The notes under the pieces are model-generated. The model was not told where the DNA came from, did not search any database, and saw nothing but the letters and a program-made list of their open reading frames with translations. A program made the position numbers and the translations under genes. A DNA stretch of 64,000 nucleotides from Octopus vulgaris (taxonomy: Eukaryota), in the NCBI GenBank assembly GCA_951406725.2, contig OX597831.1, positions 16,368,001-16,432,000 on the forward strand. Reading direction: 5' to 3'. This document shows, in pieces, positions 42,270-56,516 of this stretch (position 1 is its first letter; each line of letters begins with the position of its first letter).

Positions 42270-43038
42270 TATTCTCATATTCTCAACACTTGATTTTATT
42301 TCTTTCAGTTCCATCGTTATCTTGGCAAAGAAACGAACCGAAATAAGGTGAGAAATAGCATCACAGAATATCATATGATAACATCGAGTTGGCATGGTCT
42401 AGCCTTATCCGTAGCGTCTTAATTTCACCGCATTAACAGCGTATGATTTCATCGAAAATATTTTTTACACCTTACAATGATGTTTTATCCCCCAACGAAG
42501 GGAACTGATAGTAGGATGACACATTTCACCAAATTCCGCTTTGTTTTCTACCGTGTTAACAAGTAGTTATATTACTATAACAGTTATCAAATAGTCGTGC
42601 TCCATATAAATAGAGAGGCAATAATTGATAATTATTCCAAATTTCTTTTATTTTAATAGATTAGCAGTTTTGATTATTTCGCAGTCCCAATACTGATAAC
42701 CGGGAAATATAGATAATATATACATTTGGCTATAATTATAATATATTATACAAGGGTATTATGAAAACTATAGTCTGTAATATAAAGGTGTCTGAGTTCA
42801 GTGTCGCTTACTAAACTTTCTGAACTTCGTTGAAATATATAAACACTAAAGTAAAATGAAGACACCGCTGCTGTAGTTCATATTACATTAATTCTAATAG
42901 TATGTAATAATAATTCTAATAGTATTGTCAACCTTTTTAAGCAATAATACGTAGAGTGTATTGTATATAGAGTCTGATCTCCGTGATATACTCACTAATG
43001 TATTTATTCTAATGCTGATCGCTTTCTTTCCATTACAG

Positions 43039-43107
43039 GTAGCAACAGAGTTACTATTATGTATGCAACTAAATAAACAATACATAACTGTGTCTACGTT
43101 ATTTTGA
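43039..43107 (+). CDS. Copy C probable terminal exon (phase 0: VATELLLCMQLNKQYITVSTLF*; reading frame uncertain)
   Basis: Acceptor ttccattacag|GT nearly identical to copy A (ttcattacag|GT); V-x-x-E-L start; ctaaataaa block present but about 25 nt earlier than in A/B. Confidence 0.5.
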   Translation, partial: VATELLLCMQLNKQYITVSTLF

Positions 43108-43446
43108 TTTTATGGTCGATAAATAAAGTACCAGTACTGGGGTCGATCGAGTCGAGTGGTCCTTCCCACAAAATTGAAGGCCTTGTGTCTAGAGTATAAA
43201 AGAATATTCCTCTTTACTCTAATGTATTAATAATCTACGTAACACGATGGCTTACGTGGTTACTCATAATTCCATGTTCATTTTAACCTTAGATTTCTAT
43301 CACAATTCCCCAATTCTGTTATATACAATGAGGATATAAATGATATTAAAACATTACACATGTACAAACATAAACAAGCACACACAAGCACACAGACTGA
43401 AACACCACACATAGTTGAATAGAGAAAAGCAAGCGCATTTATACAT

Positions 43447-43529
<83 letters not shown>

Positions 43530-43602
43530 GTTTAAATATATATAGTACGTATATATATATATATGTATATGTATATGTATGTATATATATATATGTATAT
43601 GT

Positions 43603-44083
43603 ATATATTTTTTTTCCGATTAGATTTATTATTATTATTACTAATATTGTTGTTATACATACATACAATCATATGTAATGATAATAATGGGTGGATGTAA
43701 ACACATGAACAAAATTAGAACAAAAGCAACAACAACAAAAACAAAATACAAATTACAAGAATGTATATAACCAGAAGATACAAATATTACAGGCATCCCC
43801 CCCACATACACACTAAATAAACATAGACGCACATAGAGATATAAGCATGCGCAAATGAAGACATACAATAGAAATACAAAATGGCTGACGGTTAGTAAGG
43901 AGAGACACAAGTAAGTGAGAAGAAAACAAAGGACCACTGATGCGGTCACAGGAGTGTGGCGAAAGAACTTTGGCCGAAATAAGATTAAGATTAATGTAAA
44001 AAATAAATATCACTGAAGCAAAATAACACCAAATATATAGTGCGTGTGTTTTTATTGGCTAAACTGGCAATATGACCATTCCG

Positions 44084-44090
<7 letters not shown>
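43603..44090 (+). mobile_element. Solo terminal repeat (pLTR) of the Penelope-like family at 60155-62220
   Basis: Near reverse complement of 60155-60640; flanked by (TA)n on both sides. Confidence 0.8.
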
Positions 44091-44145
<55 letters not shown>

Positions 44146-44379
44146 GAATACAAACACTTATGCCTTAAAGTTGTCTATAGATATGCAAAAGAATCTGCTT
44201 CAGTTCGAAAGAAGAAAATGGCTGATATTACATCGGTTTCCTCTAACTTTACGGTATCAGTAATTGCCATTTTCTAATGCAGAGATGTGGAGCCGAAGAA
44301 CTCATCAGGCAAAGCTACTTTCAAGTGTCGCAAAGGCGTGGTGAAATCACACATGTATTACACATTATGGACTTCTCTG

Positions 44380-44860
44380 ATCATCTCGGGGTTTGCAGTT
44401 GGCCAGCCATTTCCTTCCAGCAGCAACGCTCTATCTTTTCGGGACTACTGTTCTCAACTGTGGTCACCTACATTGTCAAATTAACAGCGGAATTTGAGTT
44501 GGTTGAGCGGCGTTACAAAATGGAAATTGCATCAATGAAGAAGCAACGATTCTACTACCTAGAGCGAAGTCGGGAATGATATGCTGTGATATTGTTATAG
44601 AAGATCATGGAGAGACTGGCACCAACCATGTGTATATAGGACAAAACCAGCTCCCGAACGGCACGTCACTGCATTGCTCCAAATCTCGCAGCTATCCCGT
44701 CAAGAGTGAGGAACATACACTGCAATAGCTTCTGATTCAAGGGTACAGCTGCTATTTAACGCGTAGGTACAAACTCTGAGGGAGCTTCATGGAGTAGATG
44801 TAGATATTTTCACGAAACAGCTTGACCTTCTAAACAAGGTGACGAATGAACCAAAGCAGC
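44380..44860 (+). mobile_element. Old CR1/L2-type LINE 3' fragment
   Basis: Decayed ...LERSRE*YAVI, NSF..G..LFN pattern paralleling the 3' end of the LINE at 16465-17000. Confidence 0.5.
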
Positions 44861-44997
44861 AGACACGAAAAAGGTCAGCAGTGTCGAACTCTTATAAAAA
44901 AAAAAAAAAAACAAATTCAAAATTGTCCATTAAAAATTTTATTATTCTGCTATTGCTCCCGCATGACCACATCGTTAAGGCTGAAACGTATTAAAGA

Positions 44998-45031
<34 letters not shown>

Positions 45032-47306
45032 AATAGAATATGGAGACGCTATTAAATCATTTATATTTTCATATCTCCTGCACATGTTTCGATGGATGCA
45101 TCCAAAATACGCCCAAAACGATCAATAATACCATATATGTATGAATACTTTCAGGGAGGATATAAATAACAATATTCATTAAATAAATATTTTAGCAGGT
45201 ATATGAAGCCCCATATGCGTATGCAAAGACGCGCACCTACACACCTACACGCAATATGTGTTTAGATAAATATATATAATTTTAGTAATATTACATATAT
45301 ACATATAAAACACACGCACACATATACATATATACATATATATATACATACGTTCATGCGCAAACCCATATTTATATATAAACATACATATGGCGCATGC
45401 ATATATAGTTATGCATACATATTCCCATACGAAAACACACATTTCCATATACCATATATGCACATACGCACAAGTGTAGAAGGACGCAGATACGCACTTT
45501 CTTATATACACATCCACACATAAGTATACGTAGATCTACATATACGCCTGTATGCATATGTATATGTTCGCACACTTATGTGTGGATGTGTATATGTCTA
45601 CACATCCACACCAAGTTATCCTCATGGGAAAATTCTGTTCTATTGAAAGGTTAGGAAGAGGATAGGAGGTCGGCCTGTCTATGCTTGTATAAGAACACAT
45701 TCGCGTATAAACAAATTAACAGGTTGAAGTGTGTTTGAGATTTGTTTGTATTGTTTGTTTGGTTGTATAAATTCGGAGGTCGTTCCTTTTGTTGTATACG
45801 TAGACGCATGGGATAAGTGAGTGGGGCAAGAATACGTTGGTTAAAATCTACTGTCATTGAGAGGATGGTATGAGTAGAAGTATACTTTGTCATGTGAAAT
45901 CGAAGGTAATAAAAGCTGACATTGAAGAGAAATGAGTAAAACTGTATATAAGGTGGAAATTATAAAAACAAATATTAAATATATATTTAATAATAATAAA
46001 AAGAGTGACTTAAGTTCATGCCGCTGGTGTAAATTCTGGAGTCGGAAGTAGTAATCGAATGGTATAAGAAAGGAACTCCCTCGACATTGATACAGCCGAA
46101 ACAGCAAAAGAACATACAGAAGCGTTGAGAAATTGAAACGTCAACGAACTAGTGATCCACCTCAATACAAAGCGTACATCGACGCATTCCCTTATCATTA
46201 TAATGAGAACGTAGTACAGGAGGAGCAAGCTATATCTCATATGAACAGATTCTGAGCCGCTGAGCAAGCCTGTATATACACAAATATTATTTGAACTCTG
46301 TACTGAGCATCAAAGACCGATGAAGCTAAATTTTACTGGCTTTAAAAAGGCATTTTCTTGTTTCTACGAAGTGTTCTAGTAGAGGATTCTTTTGAAGTAT
46401 AGCATCTCTTAATATTTCGTCCATATATCTAAACAGCTTTATTTAAAATTGCGATGGCTTGTTCGAGCAGAAACAAGGAAATCAGTCTCCTTCGAAATTT
46501 TTGCTGGAATGGGACAACGGTACATTTCCTCAGCCTTTCTAATCTTGCTAGTTGTAGAATTTTTGTCCTTGAGGAAACAGAATACGCATCAGGTAGAAGA
46601 ATACAAAGGAAACTATGGGCTAAAATGATTAACCTATGGTTACCGACAGCGTTAAGACAAAAACAATAAACGATGATGATATAGAATAACCAAAACCCTA
46701 AAGATGAATGATTAAAATATCGAAACAGATGGAAATCCCAACTCCCTGGGTAGCATCGTCAATAACGATAAGAAATACGAGAAATTGGCATGGTCTTGAT
46801 TACCTTTAAAAAATACTAGGCCTTCAACCCCATCAGGTGGTGTATAGATATCATTTAGGAAGGTGAGATTTTTGACAAAAATTGTTTATTTCGCTCATTC
46901 ATCAATTCTAAATGATTCACGACGAATGGTGTGTTTAGAGAAATTTCATGTTTTTTATATATAAATAGGTTACTTGAAAATATCTGGTATTGTAATGGGA
47001 TGAGGATGTTGTTTGTAATTTTGAATGGATCTCAAGGTATATATGTGTGTCAGTATGTGTGTATGTGTATGTCAGTGCCTGTCTGTATACGTGTGTGTAT
47101 ATGTCTGGGTAAGTCTGTGTGTGCGTGTACGATTTTTAAGAAAAAGATAGTATAAAAAAAGAAGAAATGAAAGAATTGGAATTGTTTCTTAGTCATTGTA
47201 GTTTGGGTTGTTTTCATTCAGCTGCAGCAAATGGAGTCTATCTGATAATTCTATAAGATTCCTAAATTTTTTTCAACATATGTATTTGAGAGAGAGAGAA
47301 AGGGAA

Positions 47307-47368
<62 letters not shown>

Positions 47369-47449
47369 TGTGTAGTGTATGTTGTCTATTCGTTGCTTAA
47401 GTGAAAAATTTAGTTATTTTAGTGACAGTAATGGGAACATTATTAAAAT

Positions 47450-48370
47450 AATATCCTTTGGTAGTTTTATTTGATTCACCTGGAACAATAACTGATTTGG
47501 GTAAGATTTTGCCATGTCTTCCATTTTATAATTTTAGTTACGATAAGGCTTGAAGGGAGAGTTCTTGAAAATATTGTGTCCACATAATTACAGATAGGTA
47601 CTAAGCGGGGTATTTCATAATTCCTTTTGGCTGGCGTGTTGTTTGAGGATTCTTGTACGTTGCCAAAAGGAATAGTTAGTTTCACCACTATAACTCTTTT
47701 GGTGATTGGAGTAGTTTATGCATTATAAGATATCCTGTGTCTTGTAGTTTAAACGAACATTTAAGTGCGAGGAGAATCCACATTTGAATTCTATATGGGA
47801 ACCAGTCTCCAAATATTGAGAGTTGTTATTCTTATATATTCCACAACTATTATCTCCACGATCTTCCACGGGAAATTCTGTGCTATACTGTAATGTGAAT
47901 TTTGCACTCGTGAGATTGTTTGGATGATGTTATCTGTTTCTTATAAGATTTTAGCAGATGGGATTTTAATTTTAAGTGTGTGTAAGAGAATTGGGAGGTT
48001 TACTTTTTATAGTGTGAAATATTTGGTCATTCATGGATTGTGTATTATTTAATGGAATGGTATTCTCTTTAATTACTTTCTTAGGTGACCTCTGTTGTAA
48101 GATGTTCAGTTCAATCGCTTTTTTAATTGCATTGTTTATTATTTGAAAGCGTGATGCTCTTTCGTTGGGAAGTTAACTGAATCGAATTTTGTGTACTTTC
48201 GATTCCACTAATATTGCTCAAATACATCTTGCCACGTTATCTGGATTGTTCAGATCGATGTGTGGACGATGGCTCGAGCAGAAACGCAAGTATTGGTGTG
48301 GATCTGCGTTTTCGTGAAATATATTAGTTGTTACCTTTGAGTATATATTCTTGCATGGATTTCTCAAACG
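47450..48370 (-). mobile_element. Decayed Penelope-like element, 3' half
   Basis: Minus-strand peptides ADPHQYLRFCSSHRPHI (PLE thumb KxTD.xQYL.F.S.HP) and a GETG motif of the GIY-YIG domain. Confidence 0.6.
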
Positions 48371-48377
48371 ATAAGTT

Positions 48378-49960
48378 ATGAATGATTTCTACATACATAC
48401 AACATCACCAGGAGACCTAAACTTATGGCCCATTGTAGCTGGACAATCCTCTGAAACACATCGATTAAGTTCCTTCATGGACATTCTCCTGAAACCATTT
48501 CTAAAACTTGCCAAGCGTTATATTCGAGATGAATTAGATATGTTAAATCACCTTCCAGAAAGAGTTGAGGAGGCAGCAATCATGGCATCATTCTTTGTGA
48601 TTATTGAATACACCAACGTACCTCAGAGTTATGGAATAGAAGCCATCCGTTTCCGATTTGACAAATATTCACAAGGAATACTAGAATGGATCAACAATGA
48701 TAATCGAATCAATTAAATTCATCCTCCAAAACAACAATTTCATGTTTAGCACCACTGTTTATCGCCAAAAATCTGGAAATGTAATGGGAACTAGGGCAGC
48801 CCCAAACATTGCCAATCTAACAATGAGCTATTTCGAAATAACAATATATTAGGAGTCTTTTTTCAAAATTTGGAAACCCTCTCTTCCAATGCATAAAAGA
48901 AAATTGGGAAAGATTTTTGTACGACTGCTTCATCCGCTGGAATGAATACACAGATAATCTCATGGAGTTCAATAGACTTGTCAATAGCATTAGCACCAGC
49001 ATAAATTCACAACGGGACACAACCAGGAGGAACTCCTATTCCTAGACAAAACACTAAAAGAAATACGCAAAAATTGATTGAAGCAGACATTTTTTACAAG
49101 ACTACAGACGCTAAACAACAACTATTATTTAACTGATGCCACCCGAGACATCCAAACTAATGTCCGCTTCAAAATTTCAAGAATGATTAGCATGATATTA
49201 TCCGAAAAAATACAAGAGAACTAAGATTGCTTATAGCTGTACTCCAAGACAGGCATCACCCTTCATATATGAAGGAAATAAACGTACAAAATCGATTGAT
49301 ATTAAAACATAAAAAAAAGCCAAAGACAACAATCCATCACCCCTCAAAGCATTACCTTATATATTCACATACAACCTCAAAAACAAACAAGCATTCAATA
49401 TCATAGACCAAAATCTTCCAGTACTCCATAAGGACCTCAACTTCAGGAAATACTACGTAACTATAAAATCATTAAGATCAGCAAACAGCCTAAGACATTG
49501 AAGTATATTCTCACCAATGCCAAACTATTCTCTAGAACAAAAAACTCAAGAGTCGTACAGAGTGGTCGTCCTAATTGTGGAACATGTCACAATCAGTTGG
49601 AAGGATCGGAATTCCATTTTAGATAAGGGCAAATATTCAAAATCAAATCTAACTTTACTTGCGCCTCACAAAACCTCATTTATGTTAGCAGATGCTCGCG
49701 CTGCCGTCAAACTATAATGGCTCAACAGGAAATTCGATTCGAAAGAGATGTACTGTCCACGAACACCAAAATTCCCCACCACCACAATATCGCCATATAT
49801 GCCTCAGGCGACACATTGATGAATGTAGAATGATTACAACCACAATTCGTAATTTTCCCATTTTAACAACTTGCCTTCTGGACTTCAACATTAGTAAGAC
49901 GAAGTAAAGATGTCTCAGTTATTTAAAAAATGTAAACCATAAATATATATAGACTTATAC
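48378..49960 (+). mobile_element. Decayed Penelope-like element (RT + GIY-YIG)
   Basis: PIVAG..THRLSSFMDILLKPF..YIRD, MGTRAAPNIANLTM, LFLD, KTTD, and FTCASQNLIYV..C..C...GSTGNSIRKRC in shifting frames. Confidence 0.75.
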
Positions 49961-50329
49961 TAAAAATAAAGGACTTAACCAATTTAACGTAAGATATAAG
50001 CCAAGAGAACACAGAAAAAATATAAAAATTACAGATTTACCTCCCCTTTACTTGAAATAAACAAGTGAACAAATTATCTCTGCTTGCAGTTTCTTTTCCT
50101 CCTATTAATATATTTTTTCAACTCTCAGTTTCATGAGGAATGCGAAACCCATCCTTACGTCACTTTTGTTGAAAGAACAAAACCCCAGTTTGTACAAAAT
50201 TGTATATCTTTATTATTATGGCTCTCATAATCACCTTAATCCTGTAAAACAAATGTTTCCATAACAACGCTTAACGTTTGTGATTGCATTGATCTAATTT
50301 CTCGTTTACTGTTATATTTAAGATGTGCG

Positions 50330-51293
50330 ATTGTTTGAGGCTTGTTTACATCAACATTCGTCCTTAAGATGTCCCCACTAGCAAAAAAGAGTAAAGTGCT
50401 TAGGCCTGGAGAACGAGATGACCGATTTATCTCTGAAAATCGAGATGTGTTCTTTCCTGTGTGATCTGAAGTTCAGTCCAGCTGAATTCACATACCTAAT
50501 GTAAGTTGACCCGCTGGACGTAAGAAATTCTGGATCATGGATAGTTATTCATCTCCATCCTAATTTTCAAAGAAATAAAGTCCTATCTCTTTTTCTGATG
50601 CTATCCCACGCAGCATCGTACACTTAATGAGATTCAGTTCTGTTTGATGAATGGCCGTGAAATTTTTTCAACCCGAAATCCTGCAGTTTTGTCTTCAATG
50701 GATCCGTTCAAAAGAAAATGAACTTCATCGGAGGTAATCAATTTATAGAAAAATTCGCTCTCTTGTCCTGCTAATTCTTGGAATCTGTAGCACATTATAA
50801 CCTAGCAGCATAATCTGTTGTTTTTTTTCAGATACTGCACCAATTGGAATTTATTCGGAAAAATATCTAATGTTTTTTTTTTATTCTTTGCGGTGATATC
50901 CTGCAGAATCCAATTTTTCCAGAGCGTCATCGCGTTGATGGTGTCAGGTCTTCTTCAAAACTTTCCTTCACACACCTGACTATGGCTTCCTTTATAACGG
51001 AGCGAGGCCTACCTATTCTTGGAAGATCACTTACTGATCCTTGACCAACAAAATGACCAATTACTCGCTTGAATATTCATTCACTTAGTTCATAGCTCCA
51101 TAACGACGACGATATGCTGGTTGTGTCCGGAAAATTGACCAACGGACCTGGTAATAAAATTACTCAATATGTGTTCGCTGCTCAATAGTGTATTTTTCCA
51201 TTCTCATATTGTAGGGTCTGATTTATATAAATTTGATAATTATTAAAAATTTATTAAATATTGAAATCCCTTCATGATTTCTGGGCCACACTG
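50330..51293 (-). mobile_element. Decayed Tc1/mariner-superfamily transposon (DUF4817-type N-terminus)
   Basis: MEKYTIEQRTHI..FYY start, ITSDEVHFLLNG catalytic-domain motif, CAGTGTGGCCC end near 51293. Confidence 0.65.
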
Positions 51294-51334
51294 TGTGTGT
51301 GTATATATGTATGCATGCATGTGTGTATGAATAT

Positions 51335-51421
<87 letters not shown>

Positions 51422-51519
51422 CGTGTGTATATATATATGTATATATATATATGTGTGTGTGTTTATATGTATGTATGTATGTATGTATATATATTTATAT
51501 ATATACATATACGCATACA

Positions 51520-51554
<35 letters not shown>

Positions 51555-51644
51555 AATATAAATATAGGGATGGTATTATTATAATACCATCACAAGTAGT
51601 AAACGAATTATCAGCTGTACAGGCAAATTAATAAAATATATGAA

Positions 51645-51810
51645 TACAATACTAGATATGTACATATATACACAAAAGTACTACATGAGTACCTATATCG
51701 CTAAAAAAAAAGAAGTCAAAAAATACTTCTGTACAGAAGTATTTTTTGACTTCTATCATTAGCGATATAGGTACTCATGTAGTACCATGTAGTACATATC
51801 TAATATTGTA
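51645..51810. repeat. Palindrome with no spacer, centred at 51732/51733
   Basis: agaagtcaaaaaatacttctgt|acagaagtattttttgacttct core, with outer paired blocks gtactacatgagtacctatatcgctaa and tacaata.tagatatgtac. Confidence 0.9.
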
Positions 51811-54419
51811 TGTATATATTATATATATGCGTGGATGAGTTCCTGTACTAGTGTGTGTGTGTGTGCGTGCGTGGGTGCGCCTGAGTGTGTACCCTTGTAC
51901 GTGTGTGTCATAGATTTTAGCAGCAATATGGCCTACCCATCAGCCCTATCCTCTCACCGCATTGTGATTTCTTCTTCTTCTTCTTCTTCTTCTTCTTCTT
52001 CTTCTTCTTCATCTTCTTCTTCTTCTTCCAATCAGGTCTCACGCCATTAATCACAAAGAATAATCTCTAATTCGACTCTACTCTAAGCTACTAAGAATGC
52101 GTATGGCAACTTGAAGATCCACCCACCACACGCGATAGACTGGCGGTTGCACGGGAGCAGAAGTTGCATTGTTATCCTATTTCAGTAAACGGTGACTTTT
52201 AACGGGTGGAGAGCTGAACCTTCCTGGGGTACAGAGGATTCGCAATCTAGACTAGGGTCTGAAAGTTTACCATACCATAGTGGGTCACACCATGTTTCTT
52301 CTGCTTTGTGGCAGAAGTAGAAAGAAATAGTGAAAGTTGTGTTGAAAGAGTACAGTGGGTTTACCTCCCCCCCCACCGGAGCCTCGTGGAGCTTAGGTGT
52401 TTTCTCTCAATAATCACTCACAATGCCCGGCCTGGGAATCGAAACCTCGTTCTTACGATCACGAGTCCGCTGCGCTAACCACTGGGCCATTGACCCTCCG
52501 GTTGTGCTGCTGTTGTCCTAAGACACGAAGGAAAATATTTATACAGTTCTTGTATTCGTCTGTGTATGTGTGTTCGCCTAAGGCGTTGCCGTTGTCGTAG
52601 TTGTTGCTGCTGTTGTTGCCATCGCTGACACCGCAGTGTTAGTTGTGTTGTTGAACCCCTACAAACATACAAACACGCAAATAATTTCATTGATGTGTGG
52701 CAAAAAACTTCCGGACAATGGACATGGCTTACAAAATAATAGCTTATGACCTAACTAAGCGAGTGACTAAAAAATACATATACAGTGCGTCTGCTTATTT
52801 GGCCAAAAAGAAAAAAGGATCACATTCCGTAATATAACAATATCTGTTTCAACAAAGATTTCACATCTGTTATCTTTCAAAACGAATTAATATAGATGTA
52901 TATTTCAATAACATATGAAAATAGAGAAGACGGTGAGTTGGTAGTAAGGTTAGCACGCCGGATGAAATATTTTGTAGTATTTCGTCTGTCTTTCCTTTCT
53001 GAATTCAAATTCCGCCGAGATCGAGTTTGCCTTTTGAGGATGATAAATAAAGTACAAGTTGCGTAGATGGGTTGACAAAATCGACCTGTGCCCTCCTGAA
53101 AAATGTCTGGCCTTTTGCCTAGAGTAGAAAAGAAAGATAATAAAATAGAGAGATGATTAATAAATTATTAATTTGAAAAATTGACAACATCGCATACAGA
53201 AAATAGGCCTTATAAAAAGAAATTAATAAAATAAAATGTTATTTTAAATTCGAATCTCGCTAGAAGTAGTTTACCATATATAGTATATGAGTTCAATTCC
53301 TGCATGCTAAGTATACGGTTTTAAATGTTTTAATCAATGAATAATAATTTATTAATTATCTCTCTCTTTTCTTATCTTATTGAATTACATAAATATATAT
53401 AAACGACGGTTTTATGGTTTTATAGTTACCATACAATTGAATATTGATTGTAATATTCAACATTCTTTGTATAGCTAACTAACCAGTATTTTCATAGGAT
53501 TTTACTATCCTTTAACGTAGTGTATAACCTTTCTTTGAACCTTATACACACACACACACACACGCACACACAAACACTATTGGCTCATATTCCTAGCAGT
53601 TTGTATTTCTTCGAAATGCTTTTGCAGATAGATTATACCTACAGAAGCGTATCCCATCGAAGTTGTTTTCTTCATAACTTGAGGGAAATGGATTTTTTAA
53701 AAATAAAATTTGCTACAGATGTTTCTAATGGTGTAGATTCGAACTACATCGGAGTTTGTAATACTAACAGTCGTCCTTCTTCAGAAGACGGGAAGGCACT
53801 CGGCAGTTACATATAAGCACATCTAAACCGATTTAATTTATGGAAAAGCGTACCCTGCTGGTCGCAAAGAAAGTCTTCATTTCATACGTTCCATCCTGTC
53901 ATTCCATGCATCGAAGTCATTGCACAGCTGATGGTGGTGCATCGTATGACTATGTCCGTATCTGCTGATAGCCTCCAAAATAGCATTCTCCTCGATTAAA
54001 TGGCAGGAATAGGACCCAAAACAGAAAGCAAATTTCTATGAAGCCAAAAGGTGTCCACGACACAATCGCAATTTCTACTGCTGCCTCAAATGCCCGATTC
54101 ACAGATTACAGCACGACGCATTTTCCACTCGCCACAAATTCTTCTTATTCACACAACATTTTCACACCGATTTACTATTTGAGCATCGCTTCTCTTACAT
54201 GTATTACTATTTCATGTAATCGTATATTCGATTAATGTTGTGAACTTTGCTGATACATTGTAAATAAATGTTCGAAATTAGGTGATGCAATACTGAAATA
54301 TCTTTCAACAACTTTTACTGTAAGGTAAATTTGCATAATGATAGATTCCAATATGTGCCTTTTGAATAGATTTTAGCACCGTACAGACCGAGCCGAAGGA
54401 CGGGAGGCCTCCTACTAGA

Positions 54420-54990
54420 TAAAGGCTGGGGTTGAAAATTTACTGAAGGTTTGCAATTTTTAATAAATCGTTCATTTTCTATCATTTTTCTTATCTTATC
54501 AGGGATCCTGGAAGTTAAAAATGGAAAAATATGCCATCGTACAACGCATGCAATTGGTGAAGTCGTTCTATCAAAATCAAGGGTCAATTATTGAAAGCCA
54601 GAGAGCAAATTGTTGGTATTTTCAAGTGATGCCCCAAGAGAAAACACAATTAAGAACTTAGTTCATTGTTATGAAAAACAAGGGGCAGCAAATGATATCT
54701 CACGATGCGTGAGACCTCAAACTGATGAAGCAAGGGACGAGTGCAAGAGAGTATTGAACAGAATCCGAGCACGTAGACTCGAAAGCGATCCAGACGGCAT
54801 CAGATATCACAAACTTCATAGCAAAGAGTTCTCAGCAGATTTAACCATGTTTCTATACATGGTACATTTGGCTTAACCGTTGGAGCCCTAGCAATATGAA
54901 AGCAGTTTACAATATGCTTTCAAAATCTAGGAATTGAATAGAAATGACCCGAACTTTACATAAACATTGATCATGTTTGATGAAACTCAC
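54420..54990 (+). mobile_element. Decayed Tc1/mariner-superfamily transposon, related to 50330-51293
   Basis: MEKYAIVQRMQLVKSFYQNQGS and IMFDETH peptides. Confidence 0.6.
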
Positions 54991-55419
54991 AGAACCGGTC
55001 CCTCAGACAATTTTTATCCGGTTTTGAGAAGCCGAGAGCACCAGACCAAAGAGAATTGCCCACCCCCATAAAGTGTGAAGCTAAAAATAGAAATAGAAAT
55101 TTGCTGAAGAAAAAGATGTAATTTTTATATGTTATGCAGCGGTAGATGAATAAAGATTAATGCAAATTAATTTCCATCATTTCCCCTAAATTGAATTAAA
55201 ATTCCATACACTTTTTTGTAAAAACAGGGGAGTTATTAGCAATTAAACATCTCAATAACTGCTGGTCCACCATGTGTGTGTATATGCGAACATTAAAGTA
55301 ATTTATAAACTAATTTGCATATAGCACCAACTGACGCTAGCCATCTGTTACAAGAATGTTGTCACCAAATGAGCTAACCTTACGCAGACATTTGCTATTA
55401 AGTTTTACTGAAGTAAACA

Positions 55420-55456
55420 ATGAAAATTTCAATCTTCATTTCGTTTCTAATAGTGT
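55420..55456 (+). CDS. Copy D signal-peptide exon: MKISIFISFLIV(C)
   Basis: ATG + 12 codons + 1 nt, donor |gtaagt; 5' context ttaagttttactgaa...aATG resembles copy B. Confidence 0.82.
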
Positions 55457-56317
55457 GTAAGTATATACGTATCTTTTACTGCTTATGTTTATCGTTTTTA
55501 GTCATTAGATTACAGCATTCCTGGGGCAAAGTCTTGAAGCACATTTAGCTGAATAAAAAGACGCCGGTTATTATTATTATTATTATTATTATTTTTATTT
55601 TTATTATTGTTATTGTTGATGTTATTATTATTATTTTGCTTTTCTTTTAGGCGGGTACTTATTTGATTGGTCTTTTGGTGTGCCACTAGGATACGCCGAA
55701 TTAAACACACGAACAACCGATTGTGATGAGGTTCTGGCATAAAGATGCACACAGAGACATGTACATGTATATGTATATATATATATATATATATACATTT
55801 ATATAAATATTTATACATATATATATGTATATAAATATATATATACGTATATATGCATATATAGGAGACAATGGTGTCATTGAGACCCAAAGGTGTCAGA
55901 TAATGCTGAATAAGTGCTATAGACAGACCATAGTGAAGTTCCAGATTCGGTAATATTGCGAATAAAGGGTTCAACGTTAGTTCTATGTCAGCGTGTGTAT
56001 ATAAAGATTTTTGCGAAATACGATGAAAAAAACATGGCTGTTTAGATATTAGAGCAGTTATAGACAGAAGGTCTTACTGCAATTTCTATGATATTAATTA
56101 ATAATGACACCATCATCGGAGACGGTGTTTTTCCTCTCACACCGGCTCCGATAAAGAGATATTATTATTAATTAATATTCTAGAAACAGCTGTAAGACCT
56201 TCTATCTCTAAATGGTGTAATATCTATACAGCCTTCGATTTTATCTCATTACGAAAAAACTTCATATGTATATGCATAAATATATACATATATATTCATA
56301 TCTATGAATAAATATAT

Positions 56318-56379
<62 letters not shown>

Positions 56380-56381
56380 TA

Positions 56382-56416
<35 letters not shown>

Positions 56417-56516
56417 CCGTAATAATGAAGGGTGAAATTAATTAATTTGGAATAATTATCAATTACACCAAGTAGTCTTCGGCATGTAAAAGCCTCATTC
56501 GAGGAAAATTTAAGTA

